Assembly (NCBI GenBank): GCA_025594325.1
Contig: JANHCV010000011.1
Span: 806,001-870,000 of the forward strand
From: Blastocladiella emersonii ATCC 22665
Taxonomy: Eukaryota; Fungi; Blastocladiomycota
Length of the DNA: 64,000 bases
Reading direction: 5' to 3'
Shown: positions 37,335 through 47,826 of the stretch, one piece after another
How the letters are laid out: the number at the start of each line of letters is the position of its first letter
How positions within the stretch are numbered: the stretch's first letter is position 1
Made by a program: the position numbers and the translations under genes
The notes under the pieces: model-generated
The model's database searches: none
Seen by the model: the letters and a program-made list of their open reading frames with translations, nothing else
Told to the model about the DNA's origin: nothing

Positions 37335-40300
37335 ATGTCGCCCAGCAGCAGCGACAGCAGCCCCGCCTCCGCCGTCGACTCCAAACCGACCGTCACCGAC
37401 GACTGTGCATCCGCAGCGTCCCCTCCTTCGCCGGTACGTCGTCATCGTCTCTACGTCTCTCGCTTCCCTCTGCTCCGAGTTCCCCCGCCGCCGCTACCGC
37501 CGCCACAGCGACCCGGGCACCACGCACGCGACCGACGTCGGTCTTGTGCTCGGTCGCTCGGGCGCTTGTGGCGGTGCCCACTTGATGAAGAGGGGGCGGC
37601 GCCGCCGCACGCCGTGCAGTGCGCTGGCCCGACCGACCACACACCCGTCGTCCCGATCCAGCCCTACCTTCTTCCCCTCTGCCCTGTCCCCATCGGCCTT
37701 GTGGGTCGTCGGCATCGAACGGCCGAGTGGCCCGCAGCGAGCGAGCGAGCGTTGATGGGCCGCTTGCTTGCTTGGCAGGTCACGCCACTCGTCGCCGCCA
37801 CTCAGCCTCGCGGCCGTCCGCGTTCGCTCGCTCGCTCGGGCCGGCCGCGTCTCCCCGCCGAGTGTCTCCCCCGGCCCTCGCTCCCGCATTCCCGCTCCCC
37901 CCGCCATATTATCACCCCCCGCTTTATGCACCCATCCGCCAGCATGTCGTCGTCCGACCAGCCATTGGTATGGCGCCGCCTGCACTTACCAAGCAGCATC
38001 ACGCTGGATCACGGATTCTGTGCCCGCCTCGCTCGCTCGCCGGCCTCGATCCGTCTCCCTGCCCTTCGCTCTCCTTCCTTCCCCCGTCCCCTCGTTCCTC
38101 GAGCAGCGCGAACGGCCCCGACCCGCCTGCGGACGCGGTGCGCCCCCGACCGGGTATCGAGGGGCCACCTGCAGCTCGCCGCCGCCACCTCTCCCTTCCG
38201 TGCGCCTGGTCCGCCCGCCGCCGCTCGCCGCCGCCACTCATCTTCTCGCAACAACGTGCACTCGTGCCGTGCGATGCGCCACGCGCTCGTTCATCACGAC
38301 CGGGCGCGGGTCGGCTGCGCCGCGGGCTGACTGGCGCAGCCACCACCACACGGCCGCCGCCGCCATCGGGTCGGCGCCGCCGCAGTTGCCGTTGCTGCGC
38401 ACCCCCTGCTTCTCTCCCCTCACTCCCCGCTCTCTTGTCCATCAGAGCCCTTTGACTGACTCGTTTGCCACCGCTCACCAACAGACCTCCTCCACCACGG
38501 ACGCTCCCGCTACCGCCCCCGCCGCGCCGGCCCCGCCCACCAGCTCCGCCATGCGCATCAACGACCTGCTCAACGCCTCGGCCGCACCGGCCTACGTCGA
38601 CGGCGAGGTGCCGACCCCGACCACCTCCACCTTCCCCGCCCAGCAGCACTATAACAACCAGCAGCAGCAGCAGCACACGCCCGCCGCCACGGCCGCCCCG
38701 TCGCCGCAGCTGCCAGAACCCGCCGCCGCCGCCAGCGACGCCGCCCCCGCGCCCGGCTCGGATGCGCCCATGGCGACCGACGACATGTCCGTCGACGCCG
38801 CCTCGGCCGAGGGTTACGCGCGCACGGACCTGCCCAACGCCTCGCCCGCGCTGACCGCGACGGCCCCCGCCGGCGCCGAGTCGCCCGCGCACCAGCAGCA
38901 GGCTCGTCCTTCCTCGGCTCACGGCACCGCCAGTCCCGCGCCTTCACCCGTCGTCGCTGCTGCGGCCCCTGCCGGCTCGCCCGCGCCGTCGTCGGCCCAG
39001 CAGATGCAGCGGTCCGTGTTCCCGGCGCCGCCCCAGTACTCGCTCGCCGAGCGCCGCGGGTCCGTCCCCAACTCGCTCCTGTACCGCTCGAGCCCCGTCG
39101 CCGGCAGCCCCAGCGCCGCCCAGCAGCAGCATGCGCCATCGGGCCTCCGCCACGCCCACGCCGGCCCGCATTCGGTCGCCTCGTCGCCCTACGTCCAGAT
39201 GCCCACGCCCCGCAGCACCCCGCCCACCCACCAGGTCGCCCAGCACCGCTCCGGATCCGCGGCCGCGCCCGCGGTCTCGGGCCCGCCGCCCGCGTCTGGA
39301 TCGCCCGCCGTTCCCGGCCACCCCGCGCCCTCGACGACCGTCGCCCCGCCGCCGTCGACCTGGGGCCCGCCGCCCACCGAGACCCCCGGCGACCGCGACC
39401 GCGATCGGCCCGCGCCGCCCGCCCAGGCTGCCGGTGCCGAGTCGGAGGCCGCGGCGAACGCTGAGCAGTACCCACCAACCTCGGCGGCGCCCGCCGTCAA
39501 GCAGGAGCAGCCGGCGCAGCCGCCGCAGATGCAGATGCAGATGCAGCCGCCGCACCCGCACTACATGCACCCGCAGTACCCGGGCGTCGCGCCCGACGGC
39601 TCGGCCATGCCGCCACCCCCGCCGCACCCGATGCACGCGTACGCGTACGCGCCCCACCCGCACCCGATGCACATGCACCCGCACCCCATGTACGCCCAGC
39701 ACCCGGGCGCCGCACCCGCCTTTGTCCCGCCCCCGCCCCCGCCCCCGCACCAGCAGCAGCAGTACGCCGCTGCCGCCAACAACAACAACGGCTCGAGCGC
39801 TGGCGAGTGGACCGAGGACTCGCCCCGCCTCCCCGTGCGCGCCGGTAGTGCGCCTCCGCCCGGCGGTCGTCGCGGCCCGCACTCGGGTCCCGCGCCGCTC
39901 CTCGACCTGCCCCGCCCGCGCGACGGCGCCGCGCCCGCCACGTCCGAGGCCGCTGCCGCCGCCGCCGGCCAGTCCACCCAGGGCTACGTGATGCCGCCGC
40001 AGCCCAACGAGCAGTACGCCCAGCAGCAGGCCCAGCAGCAGCAGCAGCCGGGTGCGATGGGCCCGCCCGCGATCCCGTCTGCGCAGCACCACTACCCGGG
40101 CGCGCTGCAGCACCCGCACGCCGAGCAGTACGCGCAGCAGCAGCAGGCGGCGGCGGCGGCTGCCGCGGCCGCGGGGCAGCAGCACCACCCGTACGGCTAC
40201 CCGCCGCAGATGCAGCCGCACCACGTGGTGCCGTCACACTACCCGCAGTACCACGCGATCGCGCCCGCGCCGCACGGCCACCCGCACTCGCAGCAGCAGG

Positions 40301-41058
40301 CGGCGGCGGCCCACGCGGCTGCGGCAGCTGCCGCCGCGGCGGCCGTCGCGACGCGCCACCACCCGCAGCAACACCACCAGTACTTCCGCGCGACGCCCGG
40401 TGCGCAGATGCCCGTATCGCCCCGCCTCGTCGCGCAGGGCGGCGTGCCCCTGCTCAACCCGGCGGGCGCCGGCGCGCCGCGGCGCGCGTCCAACTCGGGG
40501 TCGTCGGACGCGGACGGCGACAGCGACCGCGGCGTCGCCGTCAACGCCGAGGCCACGCAGCGGCCGTTCGCGTGCATCCACTGCGGCCGCACCTTCTGGC
40601 GTAGATACGACTGCAAGCGCCACATGCGCGTCCACACGCACGAGCGCCCGTTCGGGTGCCCCGGGTGCGACCGGACTTTTGCGCGCAAGGACGCGCTGAA
40701 CCGCCACGTTCTCGCGGCCGGGTGTGTCCCCGCGAGCGCGATTGGGGGCGAGGAGGGCGCCGGGACCGAGGCTACGGCCGACGCGAATGCCGCGGCGGCG
40801 GCCGCGGATGCCCAGCAGCAGCAGCACCACCACCACGCGGCCCAGCAGCATCAGCAGTACCAACAGCTCCCCACCCAGCCGCAGTACCACCACCAGCCGA
40901 TGCAGCACCCGCACCAGCAGCACCAGCAGCAGCACTACCACGGCCAGCTCCCGCAGCAGCACGCGGCCGCCATGCACCACCCCGGCCACAACAACGGCGC
41001 CGAGGCCCCGCGGCCCGAGTCGGCGGGCAACGGGTCCAACGTGTCGCCGATCCGGTAA
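37335..41058 (+). CDS. C2H2 zinc-finger transcription factor (two fingers) with Q/P/H-rich regions; probable 33-codon first exon plus 1,051-nt intron
   Basis: RPFACIHCGRTFWRRYDCKRHMRVHTHERPFGCPGCDRTFARKDALNRHV. Exon 1 (37335-37433; ccgccATG, GTACGT donor) joins in phase to the CAACAG acceptor at 38484. An alternative start is MRINDLLN at 38551. Confidence 0.88.
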
Positions 41059-41407
41059 TCCGTCTTCGTCGCCCTCTCTCGCACGGCGCACGCGCTGCTC
41101 GCTCGCTCCTCCTCCCCATACCCTCGACCCGGGTCCAGCCTCTTTTGATCGGTCAGTCCTGGGCCGCAGCATCCATCCATGTAATGTCTCCCCTCCCCCC
41201 GTAGTCTAGTTTCGTTTGTACCTTTGCCGTTCTTATTTATCAATGTCAATCATCGACCCATTTTTTCTGACTGGAAGCGGTGCTGGGAGTGCCGGAGGCG
41301 CGGCCGCGCGACCGACTTGGCCGTGGTGGCGACGACCACCGACCATCACCAGCCATCACGTCGAGAGAGTACGCAAGAAACTAATTGTGTAAGGGGTCCA
41401 CTACGGC

Positions 41408-42329
41408 CTACTCGGCCTCCTTTTTGCTCTTCTTCTTCTCCTTCTTCTCCTTGGGCGCCTTTTCGGACTTGGCGCGCTTCTCCTTCTTCGCGCACGACGC
41501 GTCCTTGTCCTTGGCCTCCTTCTTGGCCTTCTTGGCCGCCTTCTTCGCGCGCTTCTTCATCTCCTCCTCATCCCCCTCGTCACCCGCACCCTCCGCCTCC
41601 TCGCGCTCGCGCTTCGCCGCGGGCGCCAGCGTGAGCAGCGACGCGAGCTCGGCGTCGGCGCGCTGGATCTTGCCCTGGGCCGCGTCGAACCGGGACGTCG
41701 GGTGGCCCGTGCGGCCCTCGCAGATCGCCACGAGCTCCGCGTCCGTCAGTGGGCGCGAGTAGTTGTCGTCAGCGCCGAACGGGCGCGACCGCCGCGCGTA
41801 CGCGTTCTGGGGCTGTTGGAGGTCGGCGGCCGAGTGTTTGTTCTCGGCGGCCTCTTTCTCCATCTCCAGCGTCGCCGAAGTCGACTTGACGAACATGAGC
41901 GCCAGGCCGCCCGTCAGCGTCGGCTGCTTCGGGCGTGGTGGCGATGCGACGGCGGGGGCGGGGGCCGGGGCGGCGTTCTTCTCGGCATCGCTGCTGCTCG
42001 ATTCAGCAGCCTTCTTCTCGTCGGCCTCGGTCACGACCTTGAAGTCGAATGACGTCGACTTGTTGTAGATGTGGTCCCACCACTGGAACCCGTGGTCGTC
42101 CGTCTTGCCGATCCCCTTGGTGTCGGCCTTGCGCGACACGCGCACGTGCGTCTTGATCCCCTGCTTGTTCTTGCCCAGACCCTGGCCCCTAAGGAGGCAC
42201 GCGGCAGAGTGGGTGTGAGGAAGAGATCGAGGGGGGCGGGGAGGGAGGGAAGGCGAGCACTCACTTCTGCCAGCCCATCTTCTGTAGCTGCTGGGCGCCC
42301 AGCCCGGCGTGTAGCGTCGGCGTGCTCAT
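41408..42329 (-). CDS. G-patch domain protein, GPATCH4-like, with Lys-rich tail
   Basis: QLQKMGWQK/GQGLGKNKQGIKTHVRV...FQWWDHIYNK; LTDAELVAICEGRTGH; KKEKKEKKKSKK tail. Confidence 0.85.
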
Positions 42330-42972
42330 TTCGATAGGTTCCGTCGTGTTTACAAGTTACATGCGGCCGTGGATACGGCGCCGTGGTGGGGTCGCTCGGC
42401 GATCGCTCGGCGATGGCCGCGGTCAGCGTGGCGCAAAAGTGAAGAACTGGCAAACGCGTCGGGCCCACGTGACGCGTTGCTATCATGATCGCCATCACGG
42501 CCGCGTCGAGCTCTCGCGATGGACCACCGCCGCCACCACCGTGCACGCCCGAACCACCGTCGGGTCGGATGAGCCATCGCCGCCGCGCGCCCCGACCACT
42601 GAGAGTAAAACCACCGCGAGCGCGACCCTGCGACCGCCGCCACGGCTCACGCCCTCGCTTCGGACGCACCCGGCGTGGCGCGCTCGACTCGGTGAAGAAG
42701 GTATCAGGTTCAGCACGCTGGCCCCAGACAGCGACGGTGACGGTGTGTGCAATGAAGTGAGGTCAAACAGAAGCCACGCGCGTGGTCGGCGGGCCGGTGG
42801 CCGGTGGCGTCCCTCCTCCCGACCACGCAATCGGTGCGCTTGATGGACGCGAAGGCGGCGAGGCGGCGATGGATTTAAATATGAGCGGCCGCCCGCCACC
42901 CTCGAGCTGCTCAGCACACCTCTACTCTAGAAGAGTATCCAACACCATCATCAGCAAGTCGCAGGTTTCGAC

Positions 42973-44675
42973 TTACTACCACGTAGACGCTGGTCGCCTT
43001 TCGCACCCTACACACACACTCTCTCTCCACCAAACCATCAACATGCCCCGCACCACCTCCACCTCGTACACCCCTCGTCGCCGCTGGTCGGTGGTCGCGC
43101 TGGTCGCGCTGCTCGCGTTCGCGCTCCTCGGTTCCGCGCACGCCGCGCCGGCGTCGTCGGGCGAGTGGATCATCGAGTTCAAGAGCGACGCCGACATGGC
43201 GGCCGCCAAGAAGCTCGTGCTCGACTTTTACGCGTCCAAGGGCGTGGCGTCGATTGCGGCCGACCAGGCCGACGTCATCTCGATTGGCGACGGCTACCGC
43301 GCCATGACCATGCCCGCGGCGGACCCGGCGCTCAAGGCCGAGCTCACCAAGCTCGCCAACGTGTCGGCCGTCGAAAAGGAGGCCGAGTACAAGATCATGG
43401 GCACGCAGCGCAACGCGCCCGTCGGGCTTGATCGGATTGACGGCCGCCGCGGCACCGACGGCGCGTTCTCGTTCCCCGACAATGCCGGCCAGGGCGTCAC
43501 GGTCTACGTGATCGACACGGGCATCAACACGCAGCACCCGGACTTCCAGGGCCGCGCGCGGTTCCTGCAGGATTTCACGGGCGAGGGCAACAGCGACCAG
43601 CAGGGCCACGGGTCGCACTGCGCGGGCACCATCGGCGGCGCCACGTTTGGTGTCGCGAAAAAGGCGGACCTCGTCGCGCTCAAGGTGTTTGACCGGTCGG
43701 GCCGCGGGTCCAACACGGCGATCCTGCGCGCGCTGCAGGCCGTGTCGCAGGACGTGCAGCGCACGCGCAAGCCGTCGGTCGTGTCCATGTCGCTCGGCGG
43801 GCCGCGCGCGGGCGGCAACGGCGACAGCACCATGGCGCGCGCGATCCAGTCGCTGGTCCAGCAGGGCGTCAACGTGGTCGTGGCCGCGGGCAACGAGTCG
43901 CAGGACGCGTGCCGCGTGTCGCCGGCGTTCATCCCCGAGGCCATCACGGTCGGCGCGTCCGACCCGCGCAACGACCAGATCGCGTCCTTCTCCAACGTCG
44001 GCCGGTGCGTCGATATCGTCGCGCCCGGCGTCAACATCCAGTCGGTCGACGCCAAGTCGCGCGGGTCCAAGTCGCTCTCGGGCACGTCCATGGCCACGCC
44101 GCACGTCGCGGGCGTCGTCGCCGCGCTCCGGTCCATGGGCATGAGCGCGCAGCAGGCCCAGCAGAAGCTCCTCGCCGACGCCACGCCCAACGTCGTCAAG
44201 GGCAACCTGCGCGGCACCCCCAACAAGTTCCTGTTCATGGACCCCGCGCTCGCCAATGGCGGCGGGAACGGGAACGGCAACGGCGCGGGCCGCGGTGGCC
44301 AGCAGCCGGGTCGCGGTAACGGTAACGGCGGCAACGGCAACGGCGCCAACGACCCGCGCCAGGGCCAGCCCGGTCAGGGTCAGCCCGGCCAGGGCAACGG
44401 CGGGAACGGTGCTGGCCGCGGTGGAAACCAGAACGGCGGTGGCAACGGCGGCCGTGGTCAGCGCGACGGGAACCAGAACGGTGGGAGCGGGAACGGGAAC
44501 CAGCGCGGCGGCAACACCGGTAACGGTAACAACAACAACGGGTCGTGCGGCGCGCCGGCTCGCGCTCGCGCGCGCGGCGGCGTCACGTCCGTGACCAGCT
44601 TTGGCGACGAGGAGTAAGTCAGCAAAGTGTTTGCGCAGCAGGTCCTGCGCGATCACACCTCATAGTATCAATACA
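42973..44675 (+). repeat. Left arm of a 1,703-bp inverted repeat (partner 47827-49529)
   Basis: End points read by eye: the arm starts ttactaccacgtag and ends catagtatcaataca. ORF-track translations in several frames on both strands are identical between the two arms. Confidence 0.93.
43043..44617 (+). CDS. Secreted subtilisin-like serine protease (S8A/proteinase K type) with I9 propeptide and Gly/Asn/Gln-rich tail; copy 1
   Basis: Signal peptide WSVVALVALLAFALLGSAHA. Catalytic triad VIDTG / HGSHCAGT / GTSMATPHVAG; oxyanion AAGN. Intronless. Confidence 0.96.
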   Translation: MPRTTSTSYTPRRRWSVVALVALLAFALLGSAHAAPASSGEWIIEFKSDADMAAAKKLVLDFYASKGVASIAADQADVISIGDGYRAMTMPAADPALKAELTKLANVSAVEKEAEYKIMGTQRNAPVGLDRIDGRRGTDGAFSFPDNAGQGVTVYVIDTGINTQHPDFQGRARFLQDFTGEGNSDQQGHGSHCAGTIGGATFGVAKKADLVALKVFDRSGRGSNTAILRALQAVSQDVQRTRKPSVVSMSLGGPRAGGNGDSTMARAIQSLVQQGVNVVVAAGNESQDACRVSPAFIPEAITVGASDPRNDQIASFSNVGRCVDIVAPGVNIQSVDAKSRGSKSLSGTSMATPHVAGVVAALRSMGMSAQQAQQKLLADATPNVVKGNLRGTPNKFLFMDPALANGGGNGNGNGAGRGGQQPGRGNGNGGNGNGANDPRQGQPGQGQPGQGNGGNGAGRGGNQNGGGNGGRGQRDGNQNGGSGNGNQRGGNTGNGNNNNGSCGAPARARARGGVTSVTSFGDEE

Positions 44676-44735
44676 TCACATAATTAGTATCAATGCAATG
44701 TACATGGCGTCGTAACAGTTGGTTTTCCCCTTTGA

Positions 44736-46972
44736 ATTCACGCGAACAGTGCAGTATTCGATGAATGCGCACTTGCACTACACCGAGTTCGCGACGCCGT
44801 GCGGCGCGAGTCCGAGATCCTGGCCGAGACCGTGGCCATGGCGCCCTTCTACCTCGACCTCATCAAGGACGAGCCCGACCTCGAGTTCGACCAGGGCGTG
44901 ATCCGCATCATGTTCAACGCCGTGAGCCACTCCAACTCGGTAAGGGCCGGGCGGCCGTCCACGGGTCGCGAGGCCGAGTTCGTCAAGCGCGCCTACGAGA
45001 TCTACCCGGCGTCGGCTCGCCCAGCCGGTCGGCCCAAGCCGTCGCGCGACCGCCTCGGTCCTGCCCTTGATTTCGCTGCTGCGTCGTACTGGAACTCGGT
45101 CCGCCACACAGGCAAGAAGAAGGTGATGAAGTTCATCGGTGACCTGGCCGAGGCGCGCGTCCAGCGCAAGGAGGCGCTGTCTCGGACGCGCGCCTTGAAG
45201 GGCATGTCGCAGTCTTCGGTCTCGGGTCTCGGCCGCGGGTTCAAGAAGAAGTCGGCGCGCAACCGCGACTGGTACATGGAGCTGCGGCAGGTCAAGGCCG
45301 ACGCCAACGTGTACCGCGACCGCAACGAGCAGCCGTTTAGGCGCATGCAGCGGCTCGTCGACCTGGCCAAGCGCGACTTCGAGAACGGCCGCACCCTCCA
45401 CCTCATTGAGCCGCCGTCGCTCATCCCCATGCTCGGTGTCCGCCGCCGCACCATCGGCCTCGACATGAAGTCGCTGCGCAGCGTCATCCACCTGCCCGCG
45501 GTTAAGGCGCCGCCCGAGGAGAAGGCGCGCAAGGGCGAGACGCCCGAGGAGAAGGCCGCGCGCAGCGCCCGCATGAGCGCTGCGCACTGGGACCATCTCA
45601 TCGAGGCCCTCGACGGCGTGCTCAAGCCCAAGATCCTGCGCGACGCCGACGACAAGAACAAGTACCACGGCCTCATGTACACGGACGGCTACCTCGCCCG
45701 CGTCGTCTAGGTCAAGGGTGGTGTGCGCGTCAAGAAGGGCCATGGCAACAAGGCGTCGGCCAACGACGGGTCCAACAACGGGGAGGTGTCGGCGGCGACC
45801 TCGGCCAAGGACACCTTCCTGCGCTACAACAACTCGGGCAAGGCCATCTACTCGGAGCCGCGGTGCAAGCATTCGTCCGACGCGTCGGCCACCACGTTGG
45901 CCTCGTCGTTGCCGCCGGCACCGCCCAGCCCGCGCGCCGAGCTCAAGGTCCACTCGCTCAAGACGATCCACATCCCCGAGGGCAAGTACACGGTCTGGAT
46001 GGACCCCGGCGAGAACGACAACTTCACGGCGCTCAGCGTCGACCCCGAGCTGTTTGAGGCCCACGCTGAGCTCATGCGCCTCGTGCTCCGGGCCGCCGAG
46101 CTCGAGCGGGAGGCCGAGTTGCTCAAGGCCAAGCTCGCCGACCCCAAGCTCAAGCGCAAGTCCAGGTCGTTGGTGTCGTCGTCGTCGGTCGAGTCGCCCA
46201 ACGTCGAGATCATGCCCGAGGTCGCCAAGATTGCCCGCGAGGTCGTGTTGTTGGTCGTCCTCGAGAAGTTGCTGTCCCACTCGGTCTCGTCCAAGACGTA
46301 CCACCACCAGACGCTGCACGACAAGATGATCAAGCGTCGCGCCATGTGGCGCGAGGAGGCGGGCATGCCCGAGGAGGACCTCAAGCAGTCGCTCGCCGCT
46401 CGTGGAGACCTCAAGAAGTCGGCTGGTCGTGACTACGTCGCCCAGGCCAAGGCACTCTTTGAGAGCCTCGACAAGCGTTTCGCCGAGGAGTTCCACGACC
46501 GCCCGCCGCGCATGCGGTTCATGGTCGAGGCCCGCGGGCGCAGGTGGTGGTCCGAGCTCGCGTACTCGCTGCGCGACGCAGTCGTCATGGTCGGGTGCAA
46601 CCTACACGGTTTCGGCATGTCTCGTCCAAGCTGAAAGCGCCCGTCACGACCATCATCCGCGAGCTGCGCGCCGCCGGCATCCCCGTGTATCTGGTCGAGG
46701 AGAACTACTCGTCCAAGTGGTGCGCGGCGTGCTTCTTCGCTGGCTCTACGGCCGACAACGAGACCTTCAACCTCACGGGCAAGTCGTAAAAGACGCGGAC
46801 GTGCCACACGTGCGGCGTTCGGGTCCAGCGGGACCGCAACGCCGCGGTCAACATCTTCGGGTTCGCGCTCGGCCACTACCTCTTTGTCCGCGTCGCGCCT
46901 CAGCCTAAGTCCACGTCGTTGTCGTCGTCGTCGCCGCAGGTCTCGCCCTCCTCACTGTCGACTTCGTCCTGA
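44736..46972 (+). pseudogene. Fanzor1 (eukaryotic TnpB-family RNA-guided endonuclease), about 745 codons, disrupted by TAG 45708-45710, a 1-nt frameshift near 46620 and TAA 46787-46789
   Basis: WED-type motif YHGLMYTDG (45681). RuvC-I WMDPG (Asp 46002). VVMVG...SSKLKAP. RuvC-II VYLVEENYSSKWCAAC (Glu 46700). CHTC Zn pair. RuvC-III QRDRNAAVNIF (Asp 46832). Confidence 0.88.
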
Positions 46973-47019
46973 TCTGCCGCCGCCACCACCATCACCACCG
47001 TCTCTACGGTTTCTTCACG

Positions 47020-47180
47020 CGCACGTATCCGAAAGCGATGCAGCGCGTACGGTCCCGGGCGCGCCAAGTCCGCCGTGTGTGGAAAGCGCCCGCGACGCAA
47101 GGGCCTTTTGAGGCCGCGCGTCCTGACCACCGCGTGTGGTCGCCTCGCACCCAACGCGGTGTCTGGCGTCCACTCGTCTG
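47020..47180 (+). ncRNA. Candidate Fanzor omegaRNA scaffold / element right-end region
   Basis: Lies directly 3' of the Fanzor stop and contains several stems. GTATCC-GAAA-G(C)GATGC 47025-47041; GCGCGT...GCGCGC 47043-47064; GGCCT-TTTG-AGGCC 47102-47115; GACCAC-CGCGT-GTGGTC 47125-47141. The sequence becomes more AT-rich after about 47175. Boundaries are unknown. Confidence 0.45.
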
Positions 47181-47826
47181 TTCATTTCTTTGAGGAGTTG
47201 AGAATTGTGTTCTGCGTGTTGTTCATACTTAGAGTACAATGTCGGGTCTCCCTTTCGTTTTTGCGCTCCAACATGGCCATGGCACGCACTCATCCCTCCC
47301 CCACAACAAACGTAATACTCGTTATGGCTCTCTGCCACCGCAAATAACCTCCAACCTCAAAACCACATCGACTTCCTGTGATGAATGGGGAACGTCGTTC
47401 CGAGCACCAACGCGCTCAGGACGCGCTGGATCAGTTGCACGTGACCGCGTTGCGCCACACCTTTTCCCCACCGCTGCGCTGTGAGCAAGCGAAGGCTCAA
47501 TCGCCGTGCATTGTCCGCTCCCGCACCACTCAACGAGCCTCGCCGCGCATAACCATCGAGTGTTAGATTGATTCCAACAATCAGAATCCCATCACAGCGC
47601 GGCACCAGCTCCGCGGCTAGCCTACTTGCCGCTGCGGCGGCCACTACGCAGTCCACCACGAGCATCGATAAGAGGCGAGGGCGAGGGCGAGGCCTTCTTT
47701 TGACCAGCCGCGACCGACCGCGACTCGACTGACGGTGCATGTCTCATCTCCCCGGTTCACCTGACGGCCAAGCCCGTATTTGCAAATGAATCGCGTGCGG
47801 AGCTCGTGTCACATTACTATGATGGC

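Noticed and set aside
45676-45710. Treating the TAG at 45708-45710 as a splice acceptor of a 35-nt intron
   Set aside because: Splicing would delete the conserved TDG motif and shift the frame, and the intron would be shorter than the others here.
45708-46789. Stop-codon reassignment explaining the in-frame TAG/TAA
   Set aside because: Host genes in the window terminate at TAG and TAA, and a frameshift is also present.
47172-47202. Short similarity between the putative guide region and the protease copy-2 promoter (ACTCGTCT; GAG.AGTTGAG near 49569-49588)
   Set aside because: The match is split by a 10-nt gap and is too short to support self-targeting.
44676-47826. Terminal inverted repeats or a target-site duplication for the Fanzor element (e.g. 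GTACA at 44700 and 47234; CATA near 44679)
   Set aside because: No convincing TIR pair found by eye. The 4-5 nt matches are expected by chance, so element ends need multi-copy alignment.
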